DNA of 64,000 nt. Origin: Octopus sinensis (lineage: Eukaryota). Under the pieces are notes generated by a model that saw only the letters and a program-made list of their open reading frames with translations, searched no databases and was not told where the DNA came from. The stretch covers positions 28,520,001 through 28,584,000 of the forward strand of contig NC_043014.1 of the NCBI RefSeq assembly GCF_006345805.1, written 5' to 3'. Below are positions 26,775 to 40,429 of the stretch, piece after piece. Numbering within the stretch: the first letter of the stretch is position 1; every line of letters starts with the position of its first letter. Position numbers and translations under genes: made by a program.

Positions 26775-27150
26775 TAATAATATTAGGGAATAAATCCAAA
26801 TTTAAGGGAAAAAATCAGATTTAGATTAAATCGATTATAGTAAAATATTATAATATATTAGAGACAAAACCACTATTTTGCAAACAAACAAGGAAAGACT
26901 TAACAATACATAAAATTTTAATAAATAGTCAAAAAAGTACAACAAACAGTTTCTGTTGATCGACAATCTTCAGGTGGACTTCCAATAATTCAGTGTCAAT
27001 TATAATTTGACCTGAATTATTGGAAGTCCACCTGAATTGTCGATCAAGAACAAGAAACGATTGTAGTGGCTTTTTTGACTATTTATTAAAATTTATGTAT
27101 TGATTAGTCTTTCCTTGTTTGTTTTGCAAAATAGTGGTTTTGTCTCTAAT
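26775..27150. repeat. Foldback palindrome (arms about 145 bp, centre about 27003) of a Penelope-type terminus
   Basis: TAGAGACAAAACCACTATTTTGCAAA..GGTGGACTTCCAATAATTCAG is mirrored from about 27008 to 27150. The arms differ mainly by small indels. (TA)n lies on both sides. Confidence 0.9.
27028..27069 (+). ncRNA. Minimal hammerhead ribozyme (intact only as the two-arm consensus)
   Basis: Right arm CCAC CTGAA[--]TTGT..ACAA GAAA CGATTGT A GTGG. The left arm (minus, 26945-26977) supplies the full CTGAAGA. Stem III is near-palindromic (ACGATTGT). Confidence 0.6.
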
Positions 27151-27973
27151 AATATTTATATAATATATATATAATATATATATATATATATGTACGCAAA
27201 TATACATTCCTACAAGCCATACCATACACACACACAGAGGCACCCACACATATAACTAGGTGTGTATATATATATATATGTGTGTGTGTGTGTAAATATA
27301 TATATATATGTGTATGTGTGTGTGTAAATATATATACATACATATGTGTGCATGTGTGTATATATTGTATATATTGTATATATGTGTGCATGTGTGTGTA
27401 TATATATATAAATATATATACACACACACATACATACATACATACATACACACACATACATACATACATGCATACATACATACATACATACAGAGAGACA
27501 GACAGACATACATAAATGCATACATACATACACATACACATATCTTGGATTATAAAGAATAAACGTTGCCAGTGTTAGAACTCCGTTTTGCAGCTATGCA
27601 AATATCCAGTTACAACGGGAACATTTGCATCGAAGCACAAGTCTTGAAGCAGGAGACCATAGGATATGTAACTTTTATGTGCACTATTTGTTTAGTTTAC
27701 CGATCATTTTACCAACCAAAATTCCTGGAGCAGCAAAAGATTAACAGCTCATTTAAAAATAATTTCTGTAAAGTATGAATTCATGAGGCAGCATATACTT
27801 TAGAAATTAATAAACCTAAACAATGAGTGGTAATTCTTAAATATATATGCACACTTATATGCACATATCCCACGGCTTAGGGATATGTGCATGTAAGTGT
27901 CTGTATGTGTGCATGTATATATATGAATATATGTGTGTATGTAAGTGTCTGCCTGTATGTGTGCATGTACATA

Positions 27974-28018
<45 letters not shown>

Positions 28019-28177
28019 TTCTCATGCTGGTGCTCCAAAATGGCCTTACTCACATGGATGAAGCAAGAAAAAAGAATAAAATAAACACATATATATACAT
28101 ATATACATTTATATACGTAAATACATATATATGTTTATATATATATATATATATATAATTATATATATTATATATAT

Positions 28178-28227
<50 letters not shown>

Positions 28228-28244
28228 GAGATATATATGTATAT

Positions 28245-29460
28245 GTGGAGGCGCAATGGCCCAGTGGTTAGGGCAGCGGACACGCGGTGTAGGAACGCTG
28301 TTTCGATTCCCAGACCGGGCGTTGTGAGTGTTTATTGAGCGAAAATACCAAATAGCTCCAAGAGGCTCCGGCAGGGGATGGTGATCCCTGCTGTACTCTT
28401 CCACCACTCTTTCTCTCACTATTTCTTCTGTTGGCGTCCTCGCTTAGCCAGTGGGGTAGCGTCATTCGAGGGCTAAAACAACGTGAACGCATTGTGACCA
28501 GCGATGTGTAGCAACATCTGATGGTCTGGTCGGTCACGTGATCACATGATATGTATATATATATGTATATATATATACATATATAGATATGTATATATAT
28601 ATGTATATATATATACATATATAGATATGTATATGAATACATATATATGTATAGATATATGCACATATAGGCGCAGGAGTGGCTGTGTGGTAAGTAGCTT
28701 TCTAACCAACCACATGGTTCCGGGTTCAGTCCCACTGCGTGGCATCTTGGGCAAGTGTCTTCTGCTATTTGGTAGACGGAAACTGAAAGAAGCCTGTCGT
28801 ATATATGTATATATATATATGTGTGTGTGTGTGTATGTGTGTGTGTTTGTGTGTGTATGCTCCGGCAGGGGATGGTGATCCCTGCTGTACTCTTCCACCA
28901 CTCTTTCTCTCACTCTTTCTTCTGTTGGCGTCCTCGCTTAGCCAGTGGGGTAGCGTCATTCGAGGGCTAAAACAACGGTGAACGCATTGTGACCAGCGAT
29001 GTGTAGCAACATCTGATGGTCTGGTCGCGGTCACGGATCACATATGATATGTAGAATATATAGTAGATATATATATATATATAGATCATATATGTATATT
29101 ATACATATATATGTATAGATATATGCACATATAGGCGCAGGAGTGGCTGTGTGGTAAGTAGCTTGCTAACCAACCACATGGTTCCGGGTTCAGTCCCACT
29201 GCGTGGCATCTTGGGCAAGTGTCTTCTGCTATTTGGTAGACGGAAACTGAAAGAAGCCTGTCGTATATATGTATATATTTATATATGTGTGTGTGTGTAT
29301 GTGTGTGTGTATGTTTGTCCCCCTAGTATTGCTTGACAACCGATGCTGGTGTGTTTACGTCCTCGTCACTTAGCGGTTCGGCAAAAGAGACCGATAGAAT
29401 AAGTACTGGGCTTACAAAGAATCAGTCCCGGGGTCGATTTGCTCGATATATATACATATA
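28245..29460 (+). repeat. SINE C plus SINE A composite with an internal tandem duplication of about 480 bp
   Basis: TCCGGCAGGGGATGGTGATCC..GATCACAT, a microsatellite and a SINE A head occur at about 28367-28850 and again at 28861-29330. Both SINE A heads share the same internal deletion (TCTGCTAT/TTGGTAGACGG). Confidence 0.85.
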
Positions 29461-29505
29461 TATACATATATATGTATATATGTAGATATATATACATATA
29501 TCTAC

Positions 29506-29536
<31 letters not shown>

Positions 29537-29705
29537 TGTATGTATATATACGTATATAAGCCTAGCACATATTCTATCGGTCTCTTTAAGCCGAACTGCT
29601 ACGGGAAGGTAAACACGCAAAACGTCAGTTGTCAAGCGATGGTGTTTGGGAGGGGAGGAAAAACAAAGACACAAATAACAAATAAACACATACATACATA
29701 CATAC

Positions 29706-30260
29706 ATACATGGTGGCTGCCCCCTCGTTATCAAATATGGCCATTGAACGAAGCTTAATCAATGTTGTTATCGTGCAATGCCTGTGCAAGAACTTTTTTT
29801 TTTAAGTGAGGAAAGGCTGTGCACTGAGTCAATCCCACTCACTAAGCAATAGCAGCCATAATCCGAAAAGAAGAACAAGTCAACATCATCGGTAACCACT
29901 GAGCCGCAGGTTTTATGTCGGATTTATCCCAGTTACCTGAGTTACCTTCTAGAAGGATGCCCTAACATGGGCTAGGAGTCCTTCACTCCCAATGGTTTAA
30001 CCGCGCGATCGGGTATTCAGTCCGATTATTTCTATGTCCCCGCGCTTGATACAGACTTAAGACATTTATTGGATGGCCGTTGACTCTCAAGAGTTCCTCC
30101 GCCGTTTGACGGGTTTTATTTTTCCTCCCGCAGGGTGTCCAATAAACACCCTCCTCACCAAGCAAGCTTGGTGGGTTGCCGGTTTAGTCGCCGACGACCC
30201 AACCATGCAACGAGTTGTACTGGGTTACATGTTACCAGTAGCACTCGAAAGTGGCCTGAC
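29706..30260 (+). mobile_element. Repeat resembling an RTE-clade LINE 5' UTR; second, shorter copy at 52514-52911
   Basis: About 400 bp highly similar between the two loci. This copy extends into CAAGCTTGGTGGGTTGCCGGTTTAGTCGCCGACGACCC, recalled as RTE 5' UTR-like but not verified. No ORF. Confidence 0.5.
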
Positions 30261-30279
30261 ATACATACATACATACATA

Positions 30280-30326
<47 letters not shown>

Positions 30327-30461
30327 ACGGGCTTCTTTCAGTTTCTTATGTCCACTCACAAGGCTTTGTGTCCAGGTGCACGCAGTGGGAACGAACCCGG
30401 AACCATGTGTTTGGAAAGGAAGCTTCTTACCACACAGCCACTCCTATATATATTATATATA

Positions 30462-30514
<53 letters not shown>

Positions 30515-30579
30515 CTATATATATATATATTATATATATTACATATATATATATATATATACGGGAACGCTTTATGAAA

Positions 30580-30740
30580 TAAACAAAGGCAGGTGGAATA
30601 CAAACAAACGATGTATTAGTATGGCGCTCAGAATATAAATAAAACTAAAAACAAGTCTCTACGTTTCGAACCTACGCTCTTCAACAGCAGATACACAGAA
30701 AGAAACAAGGAGAGAAAAAAAATGCGTGCAGAAGCTAGCG
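30580..30740 (-). repeat. Penelope-type terminal repeat family with a core-variant hammerhead; other copies at 33850-34100 (+) and 59660-59850 (+)
   Basis: All three share CTGT(T/A)GAA GAGCGTAGG(C/T)TC GAAA CGT A ..GAC and the downstream GAGCG..ATACTAAT.CA..GTTTGT..CACCTG.CTTCGTC. Confidence 0.7.
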
Positions 30741-31030
30741 AATCAACATATATATATATATGCACACACAATGTATATTTTATATTTTACTTGTTTCAGT
30801 CATTAGACTGTGGCCATGCTTGGAGAATTTTCAGTTGCATGGGTCGAACCTAGTACCAGTTGCATGAACCTAGTTCTATTGCACTCCTTTTTGTGGAACT
30901 GGTAGGTTGCGGCAATGTAGACTTACAAACACCAGTTGTCAGGCTGTGGTGTGGAACAAACACTCACACACACGCACTTACATACAAACACACATGAATA
31001 AATATATAAATAAATGAATAGATAAATCAG

Positions 31031-31057
<27 letters not shown>

Positions 31058-31061
<4 letters not shown>

Positions 31062-31577
31062 AAAGGAATTCCAACCTTGTCTGATTTTCACGTTTTATTT
31101 ACAATCTTATAATGATATATTATAAGATAATATATTATAATTGAATAAAATAAAATGAAATAGTAGAATGTTAAATGTTCATTCTGATAGAACTAGTACT
31201 TTCATGCATTGAATTCTGCAATCTCGGGTTCCATGTAGTAGTGTTGACAGTCATGCTTCACAATTTTTGACTGTAGCAAGATATTCGGTGCTATAAATAC
31301 AGCTGGGTAGGCTCCAGGAGCCTACCCAGCTGTATTTATAGCACACAATCAATCATCTTGCTACAGTCAAAAATGTGAAGCATGACTGTCAACACTACTA
31401 ATGAAACCCGAAGATTGCAGAATTCAATGCATGAAAGTAGTACTAGTCTATCAGAATGAACATTTAACATTCTACTATTTCATTTTATTTTATTCAATTA
31501 TAATTATTTATCCTATAATATATCATTATAAGATGTAAATAAAACGTGAAATCAGACAAGGTTGGAATTCCTTTATT
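31058..31577. repeat. Foldback palindrome (arms about 258 bp, centre 31316) with a degenerate hammerhead in each arm
   Basis: AAAGGAATTCCAACCTTGTCTGATTT..CAGCTGGGTAGGCTCC-A-GGAGCCTACCCAGCTG..AAATCAGACAAGGTTGGAATTCCTTT. HHR-like consensus GGAAC CCGAAGA TTGCA..TGCAT GAAA GTACT A GTTCT. Confidence 0.9.
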
Positions 31578-31753
31578 AATATATTTTCTATACACAATCA
31601 CACACACCCCATATATATATATATACATTTGAAAATGAGGGTGAGAAATTTGATATTAATTTAATCAATATCAATTTCACACCAGTGGTCTAGCAAAGCG
31701 GATCTTCTTCTAGGATATAAGGGCATCCACATAGTGGTTTTGGTTTCCTTCTA

Positions 31754-31805
<52 letters not shown>

Positions 31806-32135
31806 TATATATATATTTACGACGGGCTTCTTTCAGTTCATTCACAAGGCCCTAGACAATAGTAGGAGACACGAACTCAACTGCCATGCAGTGGAACTGA
31901 ATTCGAAACTATGTGGTGTACATATTTATATGTTTTCTATATATACATTTCTATACATAAAACACAATACACAAACACACAGACACACAAATATATATTT
32001 ATTTACATATGCTGCATATACATAGTTTGATATGCATATTTCTGCGTGACTGTGTGCATGCGTGCATTTGAGAGTGTGTATATATGCATTCATGTTAGTG
32101 TATGTGAGTGTGTGTGTGTATATCTCTCCCCTCAA

Positions 32136-32195
<60 letters not shown>

Positions 32196-32396
32196 TATAT
32201 GTATATATATATATATATATGTATATATATAATATATATGGTTACATATATATACATATATATATGTTTATATACACACACACGCACACACACACACACA
32301 CACATACATTATATATATCTATATATATATATTATCTCTATATAATATAGATATCAGCATATGTATTTATGTATATATATATATATTTATGTATAT

Positions 32397-32432
<36 letters not shown>

Positions 32433-33080
32433 ATAGATATATATATAATATATATATATATGTATGTATGTATATATGTATGTATTTACATAAATATATC
32501 TGTATATTTGTATATATGCATACATATGTGCTCGTGTAGTTTATACACACATACATATATAGGAATACATGAATATATACGCTTATGTAGCAGTAACCTG
32601 ATTTGCTTGAGCTCATTAGTAACAAAAATCAAATACAAATATATGAATATGAAATATATTTGATAAATTGCTCCCAAAAGATCTTAATTTATTTTATTCT
32701 GTCTGGGAATGTTAATTCACTTAGAACTCTGCATCTTTGAAATTCATAATACAGTTCAAGTTTAACTTTATAAAAGTTATAAAAAAAAATAAATAAAACC
32801 CACACCCACACTTTCTTGTTTTTTTTTCTGGTTTTTAGGTTTCTGAGAAAATTTGCTGTTTTACTAAATACTGTCAGTTTCTACATATGATTATTCTACA
32901 ATAATTCTTTCTTTAATCATACAGTTTTGCAGATTTTTCTGCAGTAGTTGCGTATTATTTCTTTAAATTTCAGGGAGTAAAAGGAGTAAATTTTAGGAGT
33001 AGTCACATAACATGATATTTTCCCTACAGGATGGAACACTAAGTATTTCTATAGATACCTGGCTCTTAAACTAAATGATA

Positions 33081-33185
<105 letters not shown>

Positions 33186-33479
33186 ATATATATATATATA
33201 TATAATATATATATTATATATATATATTTCCTGATTCTTTTGAATGAAACCGTTCTAGTTCTGTAGAAGCTCCTTCTACAAATAAATTAATACTCTGCTA
33301 TGTATTGAGTACCTTATTTACTGTGGTTAACTCCGACTCAACCCGGGACCTACATACATACATATATATATATCATATATCATATATAATATATATATGT
33401 ATATATTTATATATTACACACATATATATATATATACATATATATGTATATATATATATATACGCATATGTTTATGTGT

Positions 33480-33660
33480 CTCCCCCTCTCCCTCTATCCT
33501 CCCTCCTCCTCTCCCCTCCTCTTCTCCTCTCCTTCATTCTCTCCTTCTCTCCCCTCCTCTTCTCCTCTCCTTCCTTCTCCCCCTTCCCCTCCCTTCTCCC
33601 CTTTCTTTTCCCCCTCCCCTCCACCTCCCCTCCCCCCCTCTTCCCTCATCTCCTCTCTCT
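33480..33660. repeat. Polypyrimidine (CT-rich) low-complexity tract; a purine-rich counterpart lies at 47475-47870
   Basis: Direct reading. Confidence 0.9.
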
Positions 33661-34399
33661 ACATACACCATACGACTTTACACATCACATCATATATACA
33701 TACACACGTCTAGACCTCTCATACGCACTAATACTCTCTCTCACACACACACCACACTCTTCTCATACACACACACACACCTATGTTGGAGCGAGGACAT
33801 TTAACCCTATTATCTCCCCTAATTTCGCTCTTGCGTCTCACGTTTGATCTTTGACTTTGGCCGAAATCAGATCGCCATGTTGATTCGCTAGCCTCTGCAC
33901 GCATTTTTTCTCTCCTTCTTTCTGTGTTTCTCTGTGTATCTTTCTGTTGAAGAGCGTAGGCTCCGAAACGTAAAAGACTTGTTTTATTTATATTTCCTGA
34001 GCGCCATACTAATACAATTGTTTGTATTCCACCTGCCTTCGTCTTTTGTTTATTTCCGTAAACCTGCCTTCGTCTTTTGTCTATTTTCATAAAGCTTCCC
34101 GTTATACATATATATATACGCATATGTTTGCACACAAACAGATACACGCATGCACACACATATATATGCATATATGTATATATGTATTCATGTATGTATA
34201 TGTAAATATGAACACTGATGCGTAACATAAATTTTGAATGAAATTGACACATACACACACACACAAACACACACTAACACACACATATAAAACAAAAAAA
34301 TACATGTAGTGATAATTACATCTTCATTATAGATCTCACTTTATAAAGCCGATAATTGTTTCTATTGTATTAATATATATGTATGCACAATCATTGAAA

Positions 34400-36500
34400 T
34401 TCGAATTGAAATCTATGAAACATTTCCAGTACACAAGCGCTCACAAGAGGAACGCTTTGATAGAGTTCAATCCAATCCAAGACATTTCTGTATTTAACAA
34501 TGATAACGTTAGTTATCATTGTTAAATAATAATAGAAATAAAAAATAAACATATTTAATAAAGGCTAGTTTTGTATTCAATCTTTAGTGACGCCAGTGGA
34601 TAACCAAATAATAAAAACAAATATAAAATTCTACATTATGACGTTTCGAAAAAAGAAATATAGTCTAAAAAAGGCGATTTCTGTATTCAACTATTGGTGA
34701 CGTCACTGAATAACTGAAAATTATAAATAGGCATAACACTTCTATGATACGACAATTAGAAAGATAAAGATTTTATGTCACAACAATTTGTTATCAATTT
34801 ATTAAATGTAGTAAACCTTCTAGAAGAATTAAGGTTATTATATAATATATGAAAAACTATTATAATTAAGAATTGAATTAGTTGAGTGTCTTTCGAAATT
34901 TATGGCAACATTTTATTCTAAAGCTCCCTTTAAAATTCAATAAAATTAATTTAGAGGTAATTATATTATACATTTCTTCAAGGCAAAGATCACATGTAGA
35001 TTCACCAATATTGTGCGATGGTGTATAACTAATAATAGACCACTGCAAACCATACTTAATGTTCCTATCTTTTAAACCCCATATGCAGTTTCTAAGATTT
35101 GTAGAATTGCTTTTACTTCTATTCTTAAATGACGAAGAATGATTATGAAGTTGTAGCATATGAACGAGCGTAATAATACTTCCGACCCCCTGATATTACT
35201 TGACACTGATAGACTATATATTTCCTTAAACACTGATTTTCTACAGGACATACAATTTTGTTTTTAAAATTACGCAGGCATTTATTCATTTTTATATGAT
35301 ACTCATAGTTAAAAGAAATTCTACAAGGTGGGATTATTATTATTATTTCAATTAACAATAATTTTAGGCGATAGCTTAACTGTATTATAACAGCCGTAAT
35401 TACTTAGAGAATTGAAACCGAGTTCAGAAAGTTTATCATTAGACTTAATTTCACAATAGACATTATCTATTCCACTCTTGTTCATAGATTTAGAATTAAG
35501 ATATACCCTAATTTTCCGTTTATTGTGTGCTGCTATAACCTCTGCTAAATTTCTGGTGGTTGAATATGATAACTTTATAGTATGCCGATTAAATAATTTC
35601 CCATATCTAATTGAAGGTAGGAAATACGTATCTAGTGTAGCAAAGAATTTTCGAAGGATATTGGTAACTATTGAATATGAGAATGGGGCATTATACTAAA
35701 TAATATTTTTGATCTATTCTTTCTATTATTTATATGTACATTTTACTTAGTATTAATTTCATTAATATTGGATTTTTTCCTACCATAATTTTTTTCTCAA
35801 TTTTATAGTTGTTATTATTATTATTATTATTATTGTTGTTGTTGTTGTTGTTGCTGTTGTTGTTGTTGTTGTTGTTGTTGTTACTATTTATACCAACATG
35901 TATTCTACATCTAGAAATTTAGACCGGTATTTTTTAATAATATGCTCATCTTCAATGCTTAGTGTTTTGCCTATCAAGTTTGTATCAGATTGCTTAATAC
36001 ATTTACTGCTATCTAAATTTTATATGTTTATTATACTCCGACATATTTAATATTCTATAATTTCCAGGATTTTACTGTTATTTTGATTCTGGACATAATA
36101 AATTTTAGCTTTGCATCCAACTTCAAATAATGCGTAGCCACAGTAATTTAGATTTTGTTCAAATATATTACCATTAGCCGAAAGTCTCAAAGTACGAGTA
36201 GATATATTTTTAAGGATATACTTTATTATGCGTTTTGGATGACTGGAATTTTCATTTACGTATTGTTAAGCACTCATTTGCCTTGTGATATAGTTGGTAT
36301 AGTTCATTACTTAAATCAAGAGTAACATCAAGGAGGTTAAACTTAGTGTAGTTATTTTCTATAGCGATAGAGAGACCAATACTCTTAAAGAATCTGACAA
36401 GATTTCTTCTAGATCTTTCTAAATTAACCTTATTAAATCTATATATATACTGAACAGAGCGTCATCTTTATATAACCCACCTACTAATTCGGGAAGTTCT
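34400..36500 (-). mobile_element. Decayed, 5'-truncated Penelope-like element, Neptune-type (RT C-terminal half plus GIY-YIG endonuclease)
   Basis: GLYKDDAL (cf. GLYRDDGL), NLLDVTLDLS, SHPKRIIKYILKNISTRTLRLSAN, KLFNRHTIKLSYSTTRNLAEVIAAHNKRK, CPVENQCLRKYIVYQCQV..YYYARS, NHSSSFKNRSKSNSTNL..WGLKDRNIKYGLQWSII..TCDLCLEE..KCCHK. Confidence 0.9.
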
Positions 36501-36705
36501 CTATGTATAAAACTAAGAATATAAATACCAACTAAATCGGCTACTTGAGCCGAGTTACCGGCCCCATAGTAATGTCGAAATAATCATGTCTATCGGTCCT
36601 AGACTGGTGCTTATCAACATATTCAATTATATATATGTGTGTGAGTGTGTGTGTAAACATATATATATAAATACATATACAAATACATATACACACATGT
36701 ATAGG

Positions 36706-36777
<72 letters not shown>

Positions 36778-39217
36778 GTGTGTGTATATATATATATATT
36801 TTGTTTTTGTATTTGGTTTGCAAGATTCTTTATATGAGTTCGTGTGTTGAAGCATATTCTGTTGTGTCTGGGGAGAATCATTTTCTCTTTGTGCCTTATA
36901 ATGTAACACACTCACCGGTAAAATTTCCACTTTTTTCTAATATATTTTTTCTGTATGTAAGCATATATATATGAAATAAACAGATCAACATAAAAGACGG
37001 ATAGGTACATAGGCTATATGAACAGACACATATGGAGACACGGATCAACATATATAAAGATGCACATCCATATATACAAAGATGGTACATAGTTCCATAA
37101 CACACACTCACACACACAGAGACATGTACACACAAGGAGACAGAGGTTCATACATATACAAACACATGCTCACACACACATACATAGAAAATACACAAAC
37201 ACGGTCATGCAAGCACATAAATATGCAGGATACGTACATACAAATACACACACATACATATATACATATGCATACACACACATATATACATACATACACA
37301 TGCAAACATACACATACATACATACGTACATGCATAGGCACACACACACACACACACGCACTGACCCACACACATGCGCACAAACAAACAAAAGGAAACG
37401 CAGTGTAAGTAGCGGACAGAGTCAAGACTATTGAAAAGGCTGCAAGACGCAACGAAAATTTTAGGAAAATAAAAATAAGAAAAAAGTGGAAATTTTACCA
37501 GTGAGTGTGTTAAATAATAAGGCAGAAAAAGAAAATTATTCCCCCCAGACACAACAGAATATGTATATATATGTATATGTATATGCATCATTATCTTTTT
37601 AACGTCCACTCTTCCAAGTTTCGCGTGTTCGACGGAATTTGTTGTGGTAAAACTTTTACATCTAGCGCCCTCCGCTCTCCAACACTCACATGTTTTACTA
37701 GATAGGTAATATCTCCTCTTCGCTAGACATATTTTAATGGAAGTCTACAAGTGAACGACATTGCTTCTATGACTGCGATGTGCATTTAAAATCGTTTCGT
37801 GCTGTTAAGCCAAAGGCACACGCAAACATACAAGCAAATACATACATACATACATACATACATACATACATACATACATACATACATACATACGTATGTG
37901 TGAATGTTGGCCTAAATGAATGTTGGTGTTATTTTAACTGTGAATCTAATTAACTCGCGCAGTTTCTTTTGTTTCATTTTGCGGCTGTTAATGTCCTGTG
38001 TAACATTGCAATTTCACTTATACAGTAACAAGCTTGTGGGAATAAATGCTTGGAAATGTTGAATTAAAGCCCTGGGCATGCACCATATAAAACCCCCCAA
38101 ATTAAAGTGTTTTCAAAGACTATACTAAGCTTAATCTACCCGAGGTTTGATATTCAAATAAGATAGCTTGGATGACTGTAACTTTTTTTGTATAACGACT
38201 TTAGAATATTTTTGCCCACCTGTAACATTTCTAACAAAGCATTTTACTTTTAAAACACCCATTTACTTGATTTAGATATTGGTGTCATATTTGGACACAA
38301 GACCAGCAAGATCGGAAGAGGAGGCTTGTCGATTACATCGACTCCAGTGCCCGGCTAGTACTTATCTTATCGACTTCCGAGTGGATGACGGGCAATCGAC
38401 CTCGGTGGAATTTGAACTCAGAACGTAAAGACGTATTATATACCGTCAAGCTAATGATTGTGTCCTGTCACCGCGTTAACTACTTTAAATATTATTGTGA
38501 GAGTGCACGATATTTCCAGAAGGTAGTTTATTTTCCCAAAGTTTGATAGCTAACTTCATGGTATATTACATGAAAAGAATTTTAAAACTCTAAAGAAGTA
38601 TATTGATTGGGTGAGGGTGCAACTATTGTTATAAACTGCTTTCAGAAGTTGAAAATCATGGGTGCTGTAGATAAAATTTCTGATACATGGGATGGAGTTA
38701 TACCCTCAGATGACCGGATAACATGTCTGTCGGTTACGTAGCAGAGTCCTCGAAGAAGTCGTAGAAGATGATCGAGTTGCTGGAATCCACTAAGCATAGT
38801 TTGCCTAATGAGGGGCTGATACTGTTAGAACAAGAGTGAATAACATAACAAGTGGCTCCATTCATTTCTGTAAAGGGTTCACATTTATAATTCAAGGTTT
38901 GCAACTCTCTGCTAATGACATGCATAATCATGAATGTAACATCAGCAACACAAGAGGACTGTATGATCTCGGTCAGTTGACAGGGCTACATTTACAAGCA
39001 AGAGGTGAAACGTTAAATAACTTCGAACATGTTCTTTACAACAAAAACAAGCAATGGTGATAATCTTTGAGCTAGAAGATAGGGCACCTATTTGCATAAC
39101 TCCCATTGTACCACATCTCAAGACAAAGCGCATAATTTAGTTTGTAGTCAGAATTTTATAACGATATTACTGCATTTATTTATTCTCTTAATTCAAATGA
39201 TGTGTGCCTGTATATAT

Positions 39218-39275
<58 letters not shown>

Positions 39276-39309
39276 ATATGTATATATATATATGTATGTA
39301 TGTATGTAC

Positions 39310-39343
<34 letters not shown>

Positions 39344-39549
39344 TATATATATATATATATGTGTGTATGTATGTAAGAATATATATATATAAAATATTCA
39401 TATGTATCTTTATATATCATATACATATATATTCATATATATATGTAAACATATTTATGTTTATAGATATATAAATATATATATGTATATGTATATATGT
39501 TAATATATATACATATATGTTAATATATATTATATATATATATATATAT

Positions 39550-39583
<34 letters not shown>

Positions 39584-40009
39584 ATATACATATATATACT
39601 GGTATGTTTATAAATACGCGCGTTTGTGTTTAAGTGTGTGTGTGTGTGTGTGTGCGTATGTGTCTAGACGTGTCCCCGCGTGTCTGTGTGTGTGAACACT
39701 GTATTGTCGGTGTTTGAAAATTGCTGCTTAAAAGAAGTTGCATTATCTGTTTATTGTTTCGAAAAAATTCGGTCGGAACGCATCACATACAATTTCTTAA
39801 TTAAAAATCAATAGAAAAATAAGTTGTGCGTTACAGAATTCTGCGACACAGCAAGATTTTCTGAACTTGGAATTCCACAACGTTGCAAATATCTGAACAG
39901 ATGCGCGCGCAAACACAGACACACACACGCGTGCATATATATACTTATATATGTATGTGTCTATACCTATATCAATCTATGTATGTATCTATATCCATAT
40001 CTATATCTA

Positions 40010-40171
<162 letters not shown>

Positions 40172-40429
40172 AACATTTATATGAATGTCTGTGCTTGAGT
40201 GCGTGTGTGCTAAGTATAAAATTAACACTTTTTAATAATTATATTATGTATTCACCCACATACACCCATACATACATTCACGCATATATACATACATTCA
40301 AGCATACATACATGCATACCTACATTCTCGCGCACATCCATCCATCCATACATACATTCACGCACACATACATGCACATACGCATATACGCATATACGCA
40401 TATACATATAAATTAAAATCTAACGAAGT

